Positions 28,034 to 31,188 of a DNA stretch of 31,188 nt are shown here, in pieces. Under the pieces are notes generated by a model that was not told the origin of the DNA, did no database searches, and saw nothing but the letters and a program-made list of their open reading frames with translations. This DNA comes from Myxococcota bacterium. Its GTDB lineage: Bacteria > Myxococcota > UBA4151. The DNA lies in contig JAYZBQ010000065.1 in assembly GCA_036338695.1 (NCBI GenBank), positions 1 to 31,188 of the forward strand, written 5' to 3'. The position numbers and the translations under genes are program-made. Within the stretch, counting starts at the first letter, position 1. Every line of letters begins with the position of its first letter.

Positions 28034-29794
28034 GTGTCCGAGGATGGGAACACCGAGCCTGATCCGCGATCGTCGCGCCTCGACCTAGCGCGGGTCGCCT
28101 CACTCGCTCGGTCGGAGTGGCGGTTGCTCGCCGCAGGCACGCTGGCGCTGCTCCTCTCGACAGGGACCACACTGATCGCGCCGCTCTGGGTCGGTGATCT
28201 GGTTGATCGCATCACGTCTTCTGGCGATCGCGATCAACTGAACCTCGCAGTCCTTGCGCTCTTGGTGCTCTTCGTCGTCAGCGGCAGCGCAGCAGCTCTG
28301 CGCATGTATTGGTTTACGGTGGCCGGTGAGCGGATCGTGCTGCGCTTGCGTCGCCAGCTGTTCTCCGCGCTGATCGCTCGCAGCGTCGGTTTCTTTGACA
28401 CGCGCCGAACCGGTGAGCTGATCAATCGGCTCGCCTCGGACACGACGGTTTTGCAAAACACGGTCACGGTGAACGTCTCGATGGCGTTGCGCTTTGGGCT
28501 GCAGGGTCTTGGCGCCGTTGCGATCTTACTGTGGACCTCGTGGAAGCTCGCCGCCGTGATGCTCGCCGTAGTGCCGGTCGTGGCGCTCGGCGCAGTGGCT
28601 TACGGTCGGCGACTTCGCCGGCTCAGCCGCCGGGTGCAGGACGCGCTCGCCGGCGCCTCGGAGGTTGCGGAAGAGTCGATCGCAGGGATCCGCACAGTGC
28701 GCGCCGTTGTCCGCGAGCAGATGGTCACCGCTCGTTATGGTGACGCCGTCGGGGCAAGCTATGAGTTGGCGCGTCAGCGGGCATGGATCGGCGGGTTGTT
28801 CGCCGGATTTATCGGCGTGGTGGGCTACGGCGCAATTGCGGCGGTGCTTTGGTATGGCGGCACGCTCTTGATCGACGGTCAGCTCAGCTTTGGACAGCTC
28901 ACGAGCTTCTTGCTTTACACTTTTACGGTCGCCTTTAGCATCGGCGCGCTCGGTGGGCTCTGGTCCGACTTCGCACGCGCCGCCGGCGCCAGTCAGCGAG
29001 TGTTCGAGCTCATCGACGCAGCCCCGACCGGGATGACGAACGGCGAGCGTCTGGAGGAGCCCAGAGGCGACGTTGCGCTCGACGCGGTGAGTTTTGCCTA
29101 TCCCAGCCGACCTGAGGTGGCGGTTTTGACCGGCGTGACGCTCCATCTTCGCCCTGGAGAGGTCGTCGCTCTGGTGGGTCCGTCTGGATCGGGGAAGTCA
29201 ACGATCGCGCAGTTGATCTCGCGCTTGTACGACCCGGGCGAGGGGGTGCTGCGCTTTGACGGTCGAGCCTACGATGAGCTCGATGCGAGCTGGCTGCGCC
29301 AGCAGATCGGCGTCGTCAGCCAAGAGCCGATGCTCTTCGCCGCCAGCGTCGCCGAGAACATCCGTTTTGGGAACCCGAGCGCCAGCGAGTCCGAGCTGCG
29401 AGCCGCTGCCGAGTCCGCCAACTGCGTTGAGTTTATCGACCGCTTTGAGGACGGTTGTGAGACGCTCGTCGGCGAGCGCGGGGTGCAGCTTTCAGGCGGG
29501 CAGAAGCAACGGATCGCGATGGCGCGTGCGCTCTTGAAGGACCCATGCGTGCTGGTGCTCGACGAGGCGACGAGCGCCCTCGATGTCGCCTCTGAGCAGC
29601 TCGTTCAAGAGGCGCTCGAGCGCTTGATGGTGGGCAGGACGACCCTGGTGATCGCGCATCGACTGAGCACGGTTCGTGGGGCGGATCGGGTGGTCGTGTT
29701 GGATGAGGGGCGGGTCATCGAAGAGGGCACGCACGAAGAGCTCATGGCGAACCGAGGCCTCTATCAACGCTTGGTGGCGCTTCAGTTCAGCTAG
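28034..29794 (+). CDS. ABC exporter, fused permease + ATPase (ABCB/MsbA-like half transporter)
   Basis: AAGGAG RBS with GTG start; six TM segments, FFD..RTGELINRL, Walker A GPSGSGKS, LSGGQKQR, LDEATSALD, IAHRLST. Confidence 0.93.
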   Translation: MSEDGNTEPDPRSSRLDLARVASLARSEWRLLAAGTLALLLSTGTTLIAPLWVGDLVDRITSSGDRDQLNLAVLALLVLFVVSGSAAALRMYWFTVAGERIVLRLRRQLFSALIARSVGFFDTRRTGELINRLASDTTVLQNTVTVNVSMALRFGLQGLGAVAILLWTSWKLAAVMLAVVPVVALGAVAYGRRLRRLSRRVQDALAGASEVAEESIAGIRTVRAVVREQMVTARYGDAVGASYELARQRAWIGGLFAGFIGVVGYGAIAAVLWYGGTLLIDGQLSFGQLTSFLLYTFTVAFSIGALGGLWSDFARAAGASQRVFELIDAAPTGMTNGERLEEPRGDVALDAVSFAYPSRPEVAVLTGVTLHLRPGEVVALVGPSGSGKSTIAQLISRLYDPGEGVLRFDGRAYDELDASWLRQQIGVVSQEPMLFAASVAENIRFGNPSASESELRAAAESANCVEFIDRFEDGCETLVGERGVQLSGGQKQRIAMARALLKDPCVLVLDEATSALDVASEQLVQEALERLMVGRTTLVIAHRLSTVRGADRVVVLDEGRVIEEGTHEELMANRGLYQRLVALQFS

Positions 29795-29819
29795 CGACAT
29801 ACCTTTCCGCCCAGCCGGC

Positions 29820-29848
29820 TCGACAATCTGCTGAGACTTCGCCACCAT
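29820..29848 (+). promoter_or_regulatory. Candidate sigma70-like promoter of repeat lipoprotein D
   Basis: TCGACA-N17-CACCAT, with the same layout as upstream of paralog A. Confidence 0.45.
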
Positions 29849-29872
29849 CGGGCGCCTGACAGGGAGGGCAGC

Positions 29873-31188
29873 ATGCGCGTGGAGCGACGAATCTTCTGCT
29901 TGATGAGCCTGGTGATCACGAGCGCCGCCTGCAGCGATCAGGTGGTGGTGCGAGAGACCGAAGCCAGCTGCGGCAACGGCAGCATCGAGACCGGGGAAGC
30001 CTGCGACGACGGCAACGAGGTCAACACCGACGCGTGCACCAACGCGTGCAGCCGAGCTGCCTGCGGTGACGGCACGACGCGCACCGACCTTGAGGCGGGC
30101 GCCGAGGGCTATGAGGGCTGTGATGACGGCAACGCAACGGACAACGACGGCTGCACCAACGCCTGCGCCATCGCTCAATGTGGTGACGGGATTTTGCGCA
30201 GCGACGTCTCCGAGGGCGAGCTTGGGTTTGAAGCCTGTGATGACGGCAACGGCAGCGACGAGGACGGGTGTCTGAGCGACTGCACCGAGGCGCGCTGCGG
30301 GGACGGGGTTGTCCGAGGTGATCTCGAAGAGGGTGAGCCTGGGTTTGAAGCCTGCGATGACGGCAACGACGCCAACGACGACGCCTGCCTGAACAGCTGC
30401 GAGTCGGCGCGCTGCGGCGACGGCGTGCTCGGCCCGGGCGAAGGGTGCGACGACGGCAACGACGACCCAACGGACGCCTGCAACAACTGCCAGCCAGCGA
30501 GCTGCGGCGACGGCGTACTCCAAGAAGGGGAGCGCTGCGATGACGGCAACGACGTCGAGACCGACGCCTGCCTGAGCACCTGCGCACCCGCAGTCTGCGG
30601 CGACGGGGTCGTCTGGGAAGGGCGCGAAGCCTGCGACGACGGCAACGCGGAGCAGCGCGATGGCTGCACGGGCGTCTGTGCGCTCGCTGTTTGCGGCGAC
30701 GGCATCACCCGCGCGGACCTTGCGCCGGACGCCGAGGGCTTTGAGGAATGCGACGACGGCAACGACGACAACACCGACGCCTGCGTGGCTGGGTGCCGCG
30801 TGGGGCGCTGCGGTGATGGTTGGGTCTGGGACGGCCGAGAGGGCTGCGACGACGGCAACGAGGTCGAGACTGACGGCTGCTTGTCGTCGTGTGTCGAGGC
30901 GCGGTGCGGTGACGGGCTGGTGGGGCCAGGCGAGGCTTGTGACGACGGCAACCAGGTTCAGACCGATGACTGCCTGAACAGCTGCGAGCTGGCGCGCTGC
31001 GGTGACGGTTTTGTCTTGGACGGGGATGAGCGCTGCGATGACGGCAACCGCTCCAACGAGGACGCCTGCCTGAACAGCTGCGTCCCGGCGCGCTGCGGGG
31101 ACGGCAACGTCCACCGGGGCGTCGAAGCCTGCGATGACGGCAACGAAGTCCAGACCGACGGCTGCCTCAACAGCTGCGAGGCTGCGGC
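29873..31188 (+). CDS. Repeat lipoprotein D, partial (runs off the 3' end; absent from the ORF track)
   Basis: GGGAGG RBS; my translation [36 protein letters not shown]..., open to the end of the window, with 12 Cys-rich repeats visible. Confidence 0.9.
   Translation, partial: MRVERRIFCLMSLVITSAACSDQVVVRETEASCGNGSIETGEACDDGNEVNTDACTNACSRAACGDGTTRTDLEAGAEGYEGCDDGNATDNDGCTNACAIAQCGDGILRSDVSEGELGFEACDDGNGSDEDGCLSDCTEARCGDGVVRGDLEEGEPGFEACDDGNDANDDACLNSCESARCGDGVLGPGEGCDDGNDDPTDACNNCQPASCGDGVLQEGERCDDGNDVETDACLSTCAPAVCGDGVVWEGREACDDGNAEQRDGCTGVCALAVCGDGITRADLAPDAEGFEECDDGNDDNTDACVAGCRVGRCGDGWVWDGREGCDDGNEVETDGCLSSCVEARCGDGLVGPGEACDDGNQVQTDDCLNSCELARCGDGFVLDGDERCDDGNRSNEDACLNSCVPARCGDGNVHRGVEACDDGNEVQTDGCLNSCEAA
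29969..31188 (+). repeat. At least 12 tandem Cys-rich repeats
   Basis: Counted from manual translation. Confidence 0.88.

Noticed and set aside
28034..29794. ABC transporter as a type I secretion system for the repeat proteins
   Set aside because: No HlyD or TolC partner and no C39 domain; the repeat proteins have Sec/lipoprotein signals.
29492..31114. 540-aa minus-strand ORF
   Set aside because: Antisense shadow of repeat gene D and of the ABC transporter end.

Overview
High-GC bacterial window whose gene content (many Cys-rich CGDG...CDDGN repeat proteins, lipoproteins with DAG-rich linkers, PEGA proteins) points to Myxococcota; this assignment is an inference. It holds about 23 CDS, one tRNA-Arg(TCG) with a terminator, and one frameshifted lipoprotein remnant. 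I see no integrase, transposase, reverse transcriptase or CRISPR array. The main signal is a family of four paralogous surface lipoproteins (12125, 15200, 23707, and 29873, which runs off the window and is missing from the ORF track). They share a lipobox plus a QVVVRET[EQ]A motif and a positionally conserved first ~8 repeats, followed by a variable-length DUF4215-type stalk. The three complete ones end in different tip domains: two fibrinogen/intelectin-like and one ALK/LTK-like glycine-rich. Two of them share a promoter-like upstream layout, and short near-identical DNA patches suggest exchange between paralogs. Other points: an in-frame SDR-fragment/Cys-repeat/PPC chimera, a second two-member modular family, a cysteine synthase-rhodanese fusion, and a MarR operator with a D-aminoacylase. 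Family names come from motif recognition, not database searches.
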